Positions 48,308 to 58,145 of a stretch of DNA of 64,000 nt are shown here, piece after piece (the stretch's first letter is position 1; every line of letters starts with the position of its first letter). The notes below the pieces were generated by a model, which did not search any database, was not told the DNA's origin, and saw only the letters and a list, made by a program, of their open reading frames with translations. The stretch is from Thermodesulfobacteriota bacterium (GTDB lineage Bacteria > Desulfobacterota_D > UBA1144 > Nemesobacterales > Nemesobacteraceae), in NCBI GenBank assembly GCA_965202785.1, contig OZ241855.1, forward strand, positions 1,184,001 through 1,248,000, in the 5' to 3' direction. The position numbers were made by a program, and so were the translations under genes.

Positions 48308-49725
48308 TGGGTAGAAGAAAATGCGTTTTTTTTCTTGCCGATGGTACGAGGTTGGATGTTTTCGCCGAACTTCTAAAAAGAGGCGACCTTGAGAACATAC
48401 AGAAATACGTTGTTGAACCCGGAGAGTTTCTTAAGGGAATCACGGTTTTTCCTTCCACAACGGGTCCGGCCTATACCCCGTACCTCCTTGGCAAGTTTCC
48501 AGGCAGGTGCAACCTCCCCGGCATAAGGTGGTTTGACAGAAGGTATTATGATAAAAACCCGTTTTCCCTGCGAAGATTCAGAAGCTACGCGGGTCCCCAA
48601 GCGTCTCTTATTAATTGTGACATAGAGAGCGACTCCCCGACGCTTTTCGGCATGGTTCCGGGGAGCGTAAGCATCCTAAATGAAATAACCAGGGATATAA
48701 GTCCCTTGGGGAAAAACAGGACCAAGTATCTTAAGTATTACCTAGTCGTAAAAAGCCACTTCACGGACAGAAGCGACAGTGTTGAAGAAGCCGCGGGAAG
48801 AATTCTCATTGATTCTCTTAGGGATTCTCCGCGTTTTATTTTCTGCGTTTTCACTGCGGCCGATGCCTACTCTCACCGCTACCATCCGTTTCACCGCAAG
48901 GTTATGGAGTCCTACAGAAGGCTTGACCGGTACGTTGGAATAGTTGCGGAAAAGATCGCCGAGCAAGGTGAACTTGACGATACGCTTTTCGTTGTTGGAA
49001 GCGACCACGGCCTTACGTGCACGCACTCCCATTTTGACTCCTTGGGTTTTCTTCGCAGACGGGGTTTCAAGCCGCTTTACTACACCAACGTGTTCAGGCA
49101 TTACCTTGACGCCGATTCATCCGTCATGGTCTCTGGAAACTCCATGGCGCATTACTATTTCAAAAACTCCGATGGATGGAGGAGACACACCCTTTGCGAA
49201 GAAATACCGGATATAGTGGACGAACTCTCCACGCGGCCGGAAGTGGATGTTGTCTGCGCCAGGACCGGCGGGGCGGGAGGGGAGGTGAAAATAACTAATC
49301 CGAGGGGAGAGGCTCTAGTGAGCGTGGATGAAGAAGGTCTGATCTGCTACAGCAATGTTTCGGGCAACCCTCTCGGCTATAGTTTTTCCTCAAAGAAGAT
49401 GAATCCCTTGGAGTCGCTTCAACTCACGATCGATTCTGATTATCCGGATGCCCCCCTCCAGATTCTCCAGCTTTTCGAATCGCCTCGAACCGGCGATGTG
49501 GTAATGAGTTCAAAACCGGGCTACGACCTTCGGGCCACGCACGAGAACCCTGAACATCACGGTTCTCATGGCTCCCTGCACAAAGACCACATGGTGGTTC
49601 CCGTTCTTATAAGCCGTCCGGCCCGATACGACTGCGTACGAACCGCGGATGTCTTTTCGAGCATCGTCCGTTATCTCGGGTTTGAAGTTCCCCCGGGTGT
49701 CGACGGAAGGGATATTCTTGAATGA
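48307..49725 (+). CDS. Alkaline phosphatase superfamily protein (nucleotide pyrophosphatase/phosphodiesterase type)
   Basis: LADG, FPSTTGP (Thr nucleophile), DAYSH, SDHG, GSHG. TGATG overlap with glnE. Confidence 0.85.
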   Translation: MGRRKCVFFLADGTRLDVFAELLKRGDLENIQKYVVEPGEFLKGITVFPSTTGPAYTPYLLGKFPGRCNLPGIRWFDRRYYDKNPFSLRRFRSYAGPQASLINCDIESDSPTLFGMVPGSVSILNEITRDISPLGKNRTKYLKYYLVVKSHFTDRSDSVEEAAGRILIDSLRDSPRFIFCVFTAADAYSHRYHPFHRKVMESYRRLDRYVGIVAEKIAEQGELDDTLFVVGSDHGLTCTHSHFDSLGFLRRRGFKPLYYTNVFRHYLDADSSVMVSGNSMAHYYFKNSDGWRRHTLCEEIPDIVDELSTRPEVDVVCARTGGAGGEVKITNPRGEALVSVDEEGLICYSNVSGNPLGYSFSSKKMNPLESLQLTIDSDYPDAPLQILQLFESPRTGDVVMSSKPGYDLRATHENPEHHGSHGSLHKDHMVVPVLISRPARYDCVRTADVFSSIVRYLGFEVPPGVDGRDILE

Positions 49726-49731
49726 GCGGAT

Positions 49732-50229
49732 TTAGGAGAAGATTTCCTCTATCTGGCTGCTGACTTCTCCCTCTTTTTTCCTAAGTGATATGGAAAGTTC
49801 TTTAACTACGTGGGAAAGGGCGTTTTCCATTATTCTTTTCTCGCCGAAAGAGAGGTTTTTTACCTTTTTCAGATGGTGTATGTCCCTTAGTACCCTGGCT
49901 ATTTCGTATATGTCGCCGCTTTTAACCTTGTCGGCGTATTCTTTATACCTTTTGTTCCAGCTCTGGACTCCCAGCTTGGGCACCTCGCTGTTTTCTTCCT
50001 TTAGTATGTCAAGGACTTTCTTTACTTCCTTCTTGGGCACTACGGGCCTTAAGCCTACGGATTCTATGTTATCCGTGGGGACCATGAGTTTTACGTTACT
50101 TTCAAGAACGTTAAGTATGTAAAAGGCTTTTTTCGAACCCAGTATCTCCTTTTCTTCAACTCCCTGAACCTCAACCACACCGTGAACTGGATACACAGCG
50201 TTTTGTCCTGCTTTAAATTTCCTGCTCAT
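49732..50229 (-). CDS. carD: CarD/CdnL family RNA polymerase-binding regulator
   Basis: VYPVHGVVEV, LMVP, VGLRP, SWNKRY, LSFGEKR. Confidence 0.9.
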   Translation of the reverse strand: MSRKFKAGQNAVYPVHGVVEVQGVEEKEILGSKKAFYILNVLESNVKLMVPTDNIESVGLRPVVPKKEVKKVLDILKEENSEVPKLGVQSWNKRYKEYADKVKSGDIYEIARVLRDIHHLKKVKNLSFGEKRIMENALSHVVKELSISLRKKEGEVSSQIEEIFS

Positions 50230-50308
50230 TTTATTAAGTTATATGAAACAGTCAATATACCTGATTTACACCCCGTTTGCCAGAAAACGGACGCTAAGGG
50301 TCGGAGTA

Positions 50309-51514
50309 ATGGAGAAAAGTTGCGATTTTCTTGTTGTTGGCGGAGGAATTGTGGGTCTTGCAATCACAAATGAACTTCTTCTGCGCGGCTGTAATAACAT
50401 CATTGTTTTGGAAAAGGAAGAAAGCTTGGGGGCGCACTCAAGCGGCCGAAACAGCGGAGTTCTCCACGCCGGGATCTATTACACGCCCGATTCTCTGAAG
50501 GCGCGGTACTGCATTGAGGGAAACCGCCTGATGAGAGATTTCTGCCGCGAAAACGGAGTCGCTATATCCGAATGCGGCAAGGTCATCGTGGCGGACTCCG
50601 AGGAGAAGCTTGAAGGACTCCAGGCGCTTCAGCAGAGGGCGCAGAGAAACGGAGTGGAGTCGTATCTGATCGATGAAAAAGAGCTTGCAGAGATAGAACC
50701 GCATGCCGCTACGTTTGAGAAAGCCATATATTCTCCCGCGACATCGGTGTTTGACCCTCTAGGCGTTCTGGAGGCTCTTTGCTCGAGGATTGAAAAAACC
50801 GGGAAAGCGCGTGTGCTCTTTGACACGGCTTTTATTGGACAAAGAAAAGACCGCGTCGCCCTTACGAGCGGGGGAGAGATAGGTTACGGAAAACTCATAA
50901 ACGCTGCCGGGCTCCACGCGGACGCCATAGCGCGTCAATTCGAAGTGGGTCTTAGGTACAGAGCCATCCCCTTTATGGGTTCCTACAGGGAACTTACAAA
51001 AAAAAGCACTTACCTTGTCCGCGGAAATATCTATCCAGTTCCCGACCCGAGAATGCCTTTTCTGGGGGTGCACTTTACGAGGGGCACTTCGGGACGGGTC
51101 TTTATCGGTCCCACCGCCGTTCCGGTTCTGGGAAGGGAGAGCTACGGATTTCTCGAGGACCTGGGGCTTGAGTCGTTTCGGTTTCTTTACAGAAATGCGT
51201 CGATGTTCCTAAGTGACAGCGGATTCAGGGCAAATGCGCTCTCAGAGGTGAAGAAATATCTGGGATCCCATTTCTACGCAGAAGCCAGAAAACTGCTTCC
51301 TGGGCTCCTGCCCCGTCATCTAGTCTCTTCTGCGAAAACCGGTATCCGCTCGCAGCTTGTGGACTGGAAGGAGAAAAAACTCGTTATGGACTACGTTGTC
51401 TGCAAGGAAGAAAACACCATTCACGTTCTAAATGCCATATCACCCGCTTTTACCTCCTCGATGTCGTTTGCCAAATATGTAGCGGACATCCTGCTTGAGG
51501 AAGAACCTTGCTAG
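50309..51514 (+). CDS. lhgO: L-2-hydroxyglutarate oxidase-like FAD oxidoreductase
   Basis: VGGGIVG, SGRNSGVLHAGIYY..DSLKA, NAAGLHAD, PFLGVHFT, NAISPAFTSS. Start set to ATG 50309. Confidence 0.85.
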   Translation: MEKSCDFLVVGGGIVGLAITNELLLRGCNNIIVLEKEESLGAHSSGRNSGVLHAGIYYTPDSLKARYCIEGNRLMRDFCRENGVAISECGKVIVADSEEKLEGLQALQQRAQRNGVESYLIDEKELAEIEPHAATFEKAIYSPATSVFDPLGVLEALCSRIEKTGKARVLFDTAFIGQRKDRVALTSGGEIGYGKLINAAGLHADAIARQFEVGLRYRAIPFMGSYRELTKKSTYLVRGNIYPVPDPRMPFLGVHFTRGTSGRVFIGPTAVPVLGRESYGFLEDLGLESFRFLYRNASMFLSDSGFRANALSEVKKYLGSHFYAEARKLLPGLLPRHLVSSAKTGIRSQLVDWKEKKLVMDYVVCKEENTIHVLNAISPAFTSSMSFAKYVADILLEEEPC

Positions 51515-51567
51515 GCGCAATGGACAAGGGGCTTTTTTATGCCCGGTCTTATTTTTTCCATTTTTCC

Positions 51568-51596
51568 TTGAAAAAATTCCGGCAATCGCATTTAAT
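51568..51596 (+). promoter_or_regulatory. Putative sigma70 promoter of nuoF
   Basis: TTGAAA (51568-51573), 17 nt spacer, TTTAAT (51591-51596). Confidence 0.5.
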
Positions 51597-51652
51597 ATTT
51601 ATCCGTATTTATCCTTTTTTCCGTTGAGAAGTTGCTTTAACCGGACTAGAAA

Positions 51653-52909
51653 ATGCCCGAGCAGAGAATCATAAGAAATTATGTCGACAGGCCTAACTCC
51701 CATACCATCGGGTCGTATCTATCCTCGGGGGGATACTCGGCGCTGAGAAAAGCCCTCGGCATGGCCCCTGAAGAAGTAACCGACGCGGTCAAGAAATCGG
51801 GTCTGCGGGGAAGGGGAGGGGCTGGCTTTCCGGCGGGGATAAAGTGGAGCTTCATCCCGCCCGACTCCAAGAAACCGGTTTATCTCTGCTGCAACGCTGA
51901 TGAAAGCGAACCCGGAAGCTTCAAGGACAGGGAGATTCTGGAGAAAGATCCCCATCAGATGATAGAGGGCATAATAATCGCCTGCTACGCTATCCGTTCC
52001 CATAAAGCCTACATATACATAAGAGGGGAGATGCCGTACGGGGCCAAGAGGATACAGCAGGCTATAGAGGAAGCTTACGAGCACGGCTATCTCGGCAAGA
52101 ACATACTCCTAAGCAGCTTTGATCTAGATATGAAGCTGTATATAGGTGCCGGCGCCTACATATGCGGGGAGGAAACCGGTCTTCTTGAGTCAATAGAGGG
52201 AAAAAAGGGAGAGCCGAGACCCAAGCCTCCTTTTCCGGCCCAGATAGGCCTTTTCGGCTGTCCCACCATAGTCAACAACGTAGAGACGCTTGCATGCGTC
52301 CCCCATATAATAAACAACGGGGCGGACTGGTTTGCCTCGATAGGGACTCCCAGAAACACCGGAACCAAGATTTTCGGGCTAAGCGGGCATGTAAACAAAC
52401 CCGGGCTTTACGAACTTCCCCTTGGGATAAACCTTCTTGAGCTGATTGAAGAGTACGGAGAAGGAGTTCTCGGAGGAAGAAAAATAAAAGCAGTTTCTCC
52501 CGGTGGCTCTTCTTCCGCGGTTTTTTCCGCGGAGGAACTGGACATTGCGATGGATTTCGATACCGTTGCGGCCGCGGGCTCCATGCTTGGAACGGCAGGA
52601 GTAACTGTGATGGATGAAACGGTAAGCATGATCAAGGTAGCCCAGAACCTTGCCCATTTCTACAGAGATGAGTCATGCGGGCAGTGCGTTCAGTGCAGAG
52701 AAGGGACGTGGTGGCTTGAGAAGATACTGAGGGAAATTGACGAAGGTAAGGGATCCATTGAGCACCTCGACATAATACTTGACGCGTGCTCGCAGATGAG
52801 GGGAACGACCATATGCGCCCTTGCAGATGGCTGCGCCATGCCCGTTGAATCAATAGTGAGAAAATTCAGAGACGAGTTCGAAGAGCATATAAAAAGAGGA
52901 TACGCTTAG
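51653..52909 (+). CDS. nuoF: NADH-quinone oxidoreductase subunit F
   Basis: SGLRGRGGAGFP, NADESEPG, GAGAYICGEET, ESCGQCVQCREG, TICAL. Confidence 0.96.
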   Translation: MPEQRIIRNYVDRPNSHTIGSYLSSGGYSALRKALGMAPEEVTDAVKKSGLRGRGGAGFPAGIKWSFIPPDSKKPVYLCCNADESEPGSFKDREILEKDPHQMIEGIIIACYAIRSHKAYIYIRGEMPYGAKRIQQAIEEAYEHGYLGKNILLSSFDLDMKLYIGAGAYICGEETGLLESIEGKKGEPRPKPPFPAQIGLFGCPTIVNNVETLACVPHIINNGADWFASIGTPRNTGTKIFGLSGHVNKPGLYELPLGINLLELIEEYGEGVLGGRKIKAVSPGGSSSAVFSAEELDIAMDFDTVAAAGSMLGTAGVTVMDETVSMIKVAQNLAHFYRDESCGQCVQCREGTWWLEKILREIDEGKGSIEHLDIILDACSQMRGTTICALADGCAMPVESIVRKFRDEFEEHIKRGYA

Positions 52910-53104
52910 CACTTGTGGCTCGGTTAAAGAAGCAAGGAGTTTTAAGGGGAGAGAGGTAGGATTTTACAACAAGCTTTGGCGCCATCAGGGGATTGAGGGG
53001 CGTACTCCGGATGAAGTTTGTTAAGACTTGGGTGGAAAGTTGCTGAAAAAGGAAGCAGCTTGAGATTGTTCAGAAAAAAAAAGGGAAATTCTTTTTTCGG
53101 ATCG

Positions 53105-54739
53105 ATGAGGCACACTTTTCTAGATGACGTATTCGGCGGTGTTGTCTCCGCGGTCGTAATGCTGCCGCTGGCGTTAGCATTCGGGGTTGCCTCGGGGCTG
53201 GGGCCAGCTGCTGGAATCTACGGTGCCGTCGCGGTGGGATTCTTTGCCGCCGCGTTCGGCGGCACGCCTTCACAGATTTCCGGCCCCACCGGTCCGATGA
53301 CTATCGCCATGGCTGCGGTCGTCACCCTGTATGCCCACGATCTGGCTACCGCCTTCACCATCGTCATGCTAGCCGGCCTGATACAGATCTCCCTGGGGTT
53401 TCTCCGGGTCGGCCGCTTTGTGAGTTACACTCCATATTCCGTGATTTCCGGTTTCATGACCGGGATCGGCGCGATCATCATAATTCTCCAGGTTGTGACT
53501 ATCCTCGGTGCCGACCCGGTCTCTGGAGGGCCTCTTGTCCAGATTGCGGCTTGGCCGGAGGCCATCGCCAACCCCAATCCGCAGGACCTCGTTGTTGGGT
53601 TGACCGCCTTGGCTATTTGCGTTTTCTGGCCCCGCCGGATGCGACGCTTCCTGCCCCCTGCGCTGGCCGCCTTGGCGATCGGCACCTGCATTGCGTTCTT
53701 CGGGCTCACCGAGGCACGAACCATCGGTGCGGTTCCTACGGGCCTGCCTGCGTTTCAGGCACCGCAGATAGAGTTGGGCTTAATCGGGCACTTCTTGGAG
53801 CCGGCGCTGATCCTCGCGCTTCTCGGTTCCATCGACAGCCTCCTTACCTCGTTGGTAGCGGATTCCCAAACCCGCACACGCCACAACCCCGACCGGGAAC
53901 TCGTGGGGCAAGGTCTCGGTAATCTGGCGGCCGGTATTCTGGGCGCGTTGCCGGGCGCAGGAGCCACTCTGGGCACCGTCACCAACATCCGGGCCGGGGG
54001 GCGCAGCCCGCTGGCGGGCATCCTGACCGCAGTTCTGCTGCTCGGCCTGCTGCTTGGCTTCGGCTGGATTGCCGAACCGATTCCGCTCGCTGTTCTGGCC
54101 GGCATTCTGATTAAAGTCGGCTGGGATATTATTGACTGGCGCTTCGTTGTCCACCTGCGGGCGATTCGCCTTGAGTACGTCCTTATAATGCTCCTCACCT
54201 TCCTTGTGACCGTGCTTGTCGATTTAGTCACCGCCGTCGCGCTCGGGTTGATCGCGGCGGGCGTGGTGCGCTCAAGAGACTTGACGCAGAACGAACTGGA
54301 AGGCGTGCTTTCCCTGCCAGTCTTGGACTTCGATTCTTTACCGTCTCTGGCAGAGATCGATCCCTATAGCCTACCGGTGGGACTCATCAAGTTAAGAGGA
54401 AGTTTCTCGATCGCTTCCGCAAACGAACTGACCCGGGTGATTGCCGCGGACATCGAGGATCACGACATCATCATCCTCGACTTCTCCGAGACCACCAGCG
54501 TGGACGATAGCGCTGCGCTTGCAATCGAGGAGCTCGTTCAATCTGCCATTGACGACGATACCGCCTGCGTCGTATTGGGCCTGTCTGGTGACGTGGGTAG
54601 AGTTCTTCAATCTCTCGAGGTCTTCCACCGTGTTCCCGCCGGGAATTTCGTGGACAGTCTTGACGAGGCGAAGAGGTTGTCCAAGCATCTTCTCCACAAA
54701 CGCAATGCTGATGGAACAAAGCCTAGCGAGGGAGGATGA
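53105..54739 (+). CDS. SulP/SLC26 anion transporter with STAS domain (BicA-like bicarbonate/sulfate permease)
   Basis: LPLALAFGVASG, GGTPSQISGPTGPM, GSIDSLLTS, ELVGQGLGN, C-terminal STAS (ILDFSETTSVDDSA). Start set to ATG 53105. Confidence 0.9.
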   Translation: MRHTFLDDVFGGVVSAVVMLPLALAFGVASGLGPAAGIYGAVAVGFFAAAFGGTPSQISGPTGPMTIAMAAVVTLYAHDLATAFTIVMLAGLIQISLGFLRVGRFVSYTPYSVISGFMTGIGAIIIILQVVTILGADPVSGGPLVQIAAWPEAIANPNPQDLVVGLTALAICVFWPRRMRRFLPPALAALAIGTCIAFFGLTEARTIGAVPTGLPAFQAPQIELGLIGHFLEPALILALLGSIDSLLTSLVADSQTRTRHNPDRELVGQGLGNLAAGILGALPGAGATLGTVTNIRAGGRSPLAGILTAVLLLGLLLGFGWIAEPIPLAVLAGILIKVGWDIIDWRFVVHLRAIRLEYVLIMLLTFLVTVLVDLVTAVALGLIAAGVVRSRDLTQNELEGVLSLPVLDFDSLPSLAEIDPYSLPVGLIKLRGSFSIASANELTRVIAADIEDHDIIILDFSETTSVDDSAALAIEELVQSAIDDDTACVVLGLSGDVGRVLQSLEVFHRVPAGNFVDSLDEAKRLSKHLLHKRNADGTKPSEGG

Positions 54740-54788
54740 ATGTTGGCGTGCAACCGCGTTGGCGCATATGTTCATGCGCACCCATAGA

Positions 54789-56213
54789 TTATCCGAGAGA
54801 ATTTCTGAGCGTTTGATTTACTACTGCGGGATCGGCTTTTCCCCTTGTTGCCTTCATCACCTGACCGACGAAAAAACTGAGAAGCTTTGTGTCCCCGTTC
54901 CTATATCTCTCGACTTCCTTCGGGTTTTCTTCGATTATTTTGCTTATAATAGAAGAGATCTCGTCTTCATCGGTAATCTGGGTAAGCCCCTTTTCGGTTA
55001 CTATTTCTTCTGCGCGTTTCCCCCCGCTTATCATCTCAGAGAATATTTCCTTGGCGGTCTTGCGGTTTATTTTTCCTTCCCCGATAAGATTAAGCAGTTC
55101 AGCGAGGTTCTCGGGCTTAACCGGAAATTCGGCTATGCCGTCTTCATTCTCGACTTCTCTAAGCATCTCGTTTAATATCCAGTTGCTTGCCGCCTTCTTG
55201 TCTTTTACGTGTTTCGCGCACTCTTCAAAGTATTCAGCAAGCGGTCTTGAAGATGAAAGCGTCTCGGCGTCGTTTCTCTGTATATTGAGTTCATCTACGA
55301 ACCTGCTGAGCTTTTCTTCGGGAAGTTCCGGGAGGGAAAGGCGGATTTTCTCCAGATAATCCTCCACCACTACAACCGGCAGAAGGTCCGGGTCCGGGAA
55401 GTACCTGTAGTCGTGAGCCTCCTCTTTTGATCTCATCGCAAACGTGACCCCTTTTTGGGAGTCGAAAAGCCTTGTTTCCTGGACCACCTTTCCTCCGCTT
55501 CGCAGAACCGCTTCCTGCCTCTTTATTTCGTATTCTATGGCCCTTTGTATGAAACGGAAGGAATTAAGATTCTTGATCTCAGTTTTAGTTCCGAGTTCGC
55601 TCTGCCCTGTCGGCCGCACGGAGACGTTTGCGTCGCAGCGCAGGCTTCCTTCTTCCATGTTCCCGTCACAAACCTCTATATATCTAAGGATTGTCCTAAG
55701 TTTCTTTACGTATTCAACCGCTTCTTCGGCGGTTGAGATGTCAGGCTCGCTGACTATCTCCACAAGCGGCACTCCCGCCCTGTTGAGATCCACATGGCTT
55801 TCAAAGTCAGAGTATTCGTGCACGAGTTTCCCCGCGTCTTCTTCCAGATGTATTCGGGTTATCCTGATCTTTTTTTTGTCGTCCCCCGAATCTATTTCGA
55901 GATACCCTCTAAGGCAAAGCGGTTCGTCGTACTGCGAAATCTGATAGCCCTTCGGAAGGTCCGGGTAGAAGTAGTTCTTCCTTGCGAATCTGGATTTGCG
56001 GGTGATTTCGCAGTTGGTTGCCAGTCCGGCCTTTATGGCATACTCAAGAACCCTTTCGTTAAAAACCGGCAACACCCCCGGCATGCCCAGACAGACCGGA
56101 TTTACCTGGGAGTTGGGGGGATTTCCGAATTTCGTCGAGGAAGAGGAAAATATCTTGGATTCAGTGGCGAGTTGTGCGTGTACTTCGAGACCGATTACCG
56201 CTTCGTATTGCAT
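54789..56213 (-). CDS. gatB: Asp/Glu-tRNA amidotransferase subunit B
   Basis: IGLEVHAQL, RKNYFYPDLPKGYQISQ, HLEEDAGK, EIKNLNS, YRYFPDPDL. Confidence 0.98.
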   Translation of the reverse strand: MQYEAVIGLEVHAQLATESKIFSSSSTKFGNPPNSQVNPVCLGMPGVLPVFNERVLEYAIKAGLATNCEITRKSRFARKNYFYPDLPKGYQISQYDEPLCLRGYLEIDSGDDKKKIRITRIHLEEDAGKLVHEYSDFESHVDLNRAGVPLVEIVSEPDISTAEEAVEYVKKLRTILRYIEVCDGNMEEGSLRCDANVSVRPTGQSELGTKTEIKNLNSFRFIQRAIEYEIKRQEAVLRSGGKVVQETRLFDSQKGVTFAMRSKEEAHDYRYFPDPDLLPVVVVEDYLEKIRLSLPELPEEKLSRFVDELNIQRNDAETLSSSRPLAEYFEECAKHVKDKKAASNWILNEMLREVENEDGIAEFPVKPENLAELLNLIGEGKINRKTAKEIFSEMISGGKRAEEIVTEKGLTQITDEDEISSIISKIIEENPKEVERYRNGDTKLLSFFVGQVMKATRGKADPAVVNQTLRNSLG

Positions 56214-56517
56214 TGATCGTTCCTTCGGGAGAAATTTGATAAAGCAGTCAAGCGAAAATTATATATGTACTTGGCCAGCAGGCAACCTCTGGTCCGCGTA
56301 TTTCCATCCAGAATAGGGAATAGGGCTGGCGGAAAGCTCTCTCAACAAGCCCATCGTTTCTTTTTGACCTTTTGGCTCAAAAACTTTATTCTTTTTACCC
56401 ATTAGTGGCGTATCTTCCTGTTGATTAGTTTGCATGAATTCAAATCAACCGGATACGCAGATTTTTTTCAAACCATCCGTACACCAAATTTGAACATAAC
56501 TCAGAGGAGGACATAAG

Positions 56518-57786
56518 ATGAGAATTTTAGCAGTTTTAGCTGTTTCTTTGATGACCCTTCTTTCCTTTATGTCACTTCCCGCCCAGGCTGACAGCAACCA
56601 GAGCATACAGGAGCAGATAGAGGAACTTAAGAAGAAGATAGAAGAACTTGAGCAGCAGATGAACATGAAGGCATACGAAGCCACGGCGAGAGATTCTAAA
56701 GCCTGGTACAATAAGATAAAGGTCAAAACTAAAAAAGGCGCCGGGCTTACTTTCCAGACTGCGGATAAGAACTACAAGCTCAGGATGCGCTTTTTTGGTC
56801 AGTTTCTGGCCAACTACACAGATCCTGATGCTGGCGAAGAGGGTCTCGGTTTCAGTGTAAGAAACCTCTGGTTGATCTGGGACGGTAATGCTTTCGCTCC
56901 CTGGATGAAATACACGGTTCAGTATGATCTCTCAGGGGGTGGAGCGCTAAAGGATATGAGGCTTTCGTTTGCCAAGAACAAGGCTTTTGTTCCCATGATA
57001 GGCCAGTACAAGGTTCCGTTTAGCAGAGAATTTCTTACCTCAATTACCGCCCTGCAGCTTGTGGGAACCTCGATCATAGACGATTACTTTCGGTATGGCA
57101 GGGATATCGGTGGTGGCGTTTACGGTTTTCTCGGCGACGGAATGATCCGCTATGATGCGGGTGTTTTCCAAGGCGAAGGCGCGAACCAGAAAAACGACAA
57201 GGGTGACACTGGTATGCTCTGGGCAGGAAGGGTCCAGGCGGCCGTTATCGGCGGGAAAGCCAAGAGTGTAAAAGAGAATTTTGCCAAAAGGCCAACGCTT
57301 ATGGTTGCAGCTGCTGTTGCGGGTATAGATGTTGAGGATGGAAGTGATGGCAATATAGGAATTCCATCTGGAGAGAGAGACCTTGTAAGCGGCACAGTCA
57401 CTTCCTTTACGGCGGATATAAACTACAGAGATCCGAGGTTCAATCTTACCGGTGAGTATGTCGGAAGGTGGGCCAATCCTGATGAGGGCGGTGTAGACAC
57501 TGCCTATGATCAGGGTTTCAGGGTTCAGGGCGGTTTCTTCCTCCTTCCGAGAAGGATTGAGCTTGCCTCAAGGTACGCGATGGTCATCTTTGACGATGAC
57601 GCCAACGTTCTCGGAGGAAATGACCTTGACAACGTGTGGACGTTCACACAGGGGCTTAGCTACTACCTGAGCGGCAATCACAAGTGGAAAGTGCAACTTG
57701 ACTACACGTTCCAGAGAGAAGAAGATCTCGATGGCGTAGAGTCGGATGAGTCGATGGTAAGAGCGCAGGTTCAGACCTACTTTTAG
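56518..57786 (+). CDS. Outer-membrane porin, OprO/OprP-like
   Basis: Signal peptide, coiled-coil QIEELKKKIEELEQQ, GQYKVPFSRE, GRDIG, alternating beta-strands, C-terminal Phe. GAGGAGG RBS. Confidence 0.75.
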   Translation: MRILAVLAVSLMTLLSFMSLPAQADSNQSIQEQIEELKKKIEELEQQMNMKAYEATARDSKAWYNKIKVKTKKGAGLTFQTADKNYKLRMRFFGQFLANYTDPDAGEEGLGFSVRNLWLIWDGNAFAPWMKYTVQYDLSGGGALKDMRLSFAKNKAFVPMIGQYKVPFSREFLTSITALQLVGTSIIDDYFRYGRDIGGGVYGFLGDGMIRYDAGVFQGEGANQKNDKGDTGMLWAGRVQAAVIGGKAKSVKENFAKRPTLMVAAAVAGIDVEDGSDGNIGIPSGERDLVSGTVTSFTADINYRDPRFNLTGEYVGRWANPDEGGVDTAYDQGFRVQGGFFLLPRRIELASRYAMVIFDDDANVLGGNDLDNVWTFTQGLSYYLSGNHKWKVQLDYTFQREEDLDGVESDESMVRAQVQTYF

Positions 57787-58145
57787 GGATGCATTTGGAG
57801 ATATAGTCAAATCTGGTGCATGGGAGCATAATCAGGTGGCGGTCTGATAGTCTGTTTTCACCTCTGTTGTTTTACCCATTGCCTGCTTGATTCCATCTTT
57901 GAATTTCCCTCTTTTACGCTTTGACGATATTGAACTCTTTATGCCTCTGAACAATTCTCTGCGATTCAGTGGGAACTTCGGAATTTCAGGGAACTACGAG
58001 ATACAAAATGGGTGGTTTTTCTGAACTATGGACCTTTTCGATGCTTTCTCGACAAAGCGCGCAACAGGGCATTACAGGTATTTTCCTAATTTGAGTTCAC
58101 GGTGTAATTTAGATTCCGGTACTCTTTTCACTGAGAAGGACCGAT

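Noticed and set aside
56311-56400. Possible cobalamin riboswitch (AATAGGGAA...AACAAGCCC)
   Set aside because: The expected GGTGnAAnTCC hairpin, the GCnACTGT element and the downstream B12 box are not present.
57787-58145. Possible small gene or pseudogene in the 360-nt gap after the porin
   Set aside because: The longest open stretch I found, on the minus strand, lacks an early start codon and resembles no family I know.
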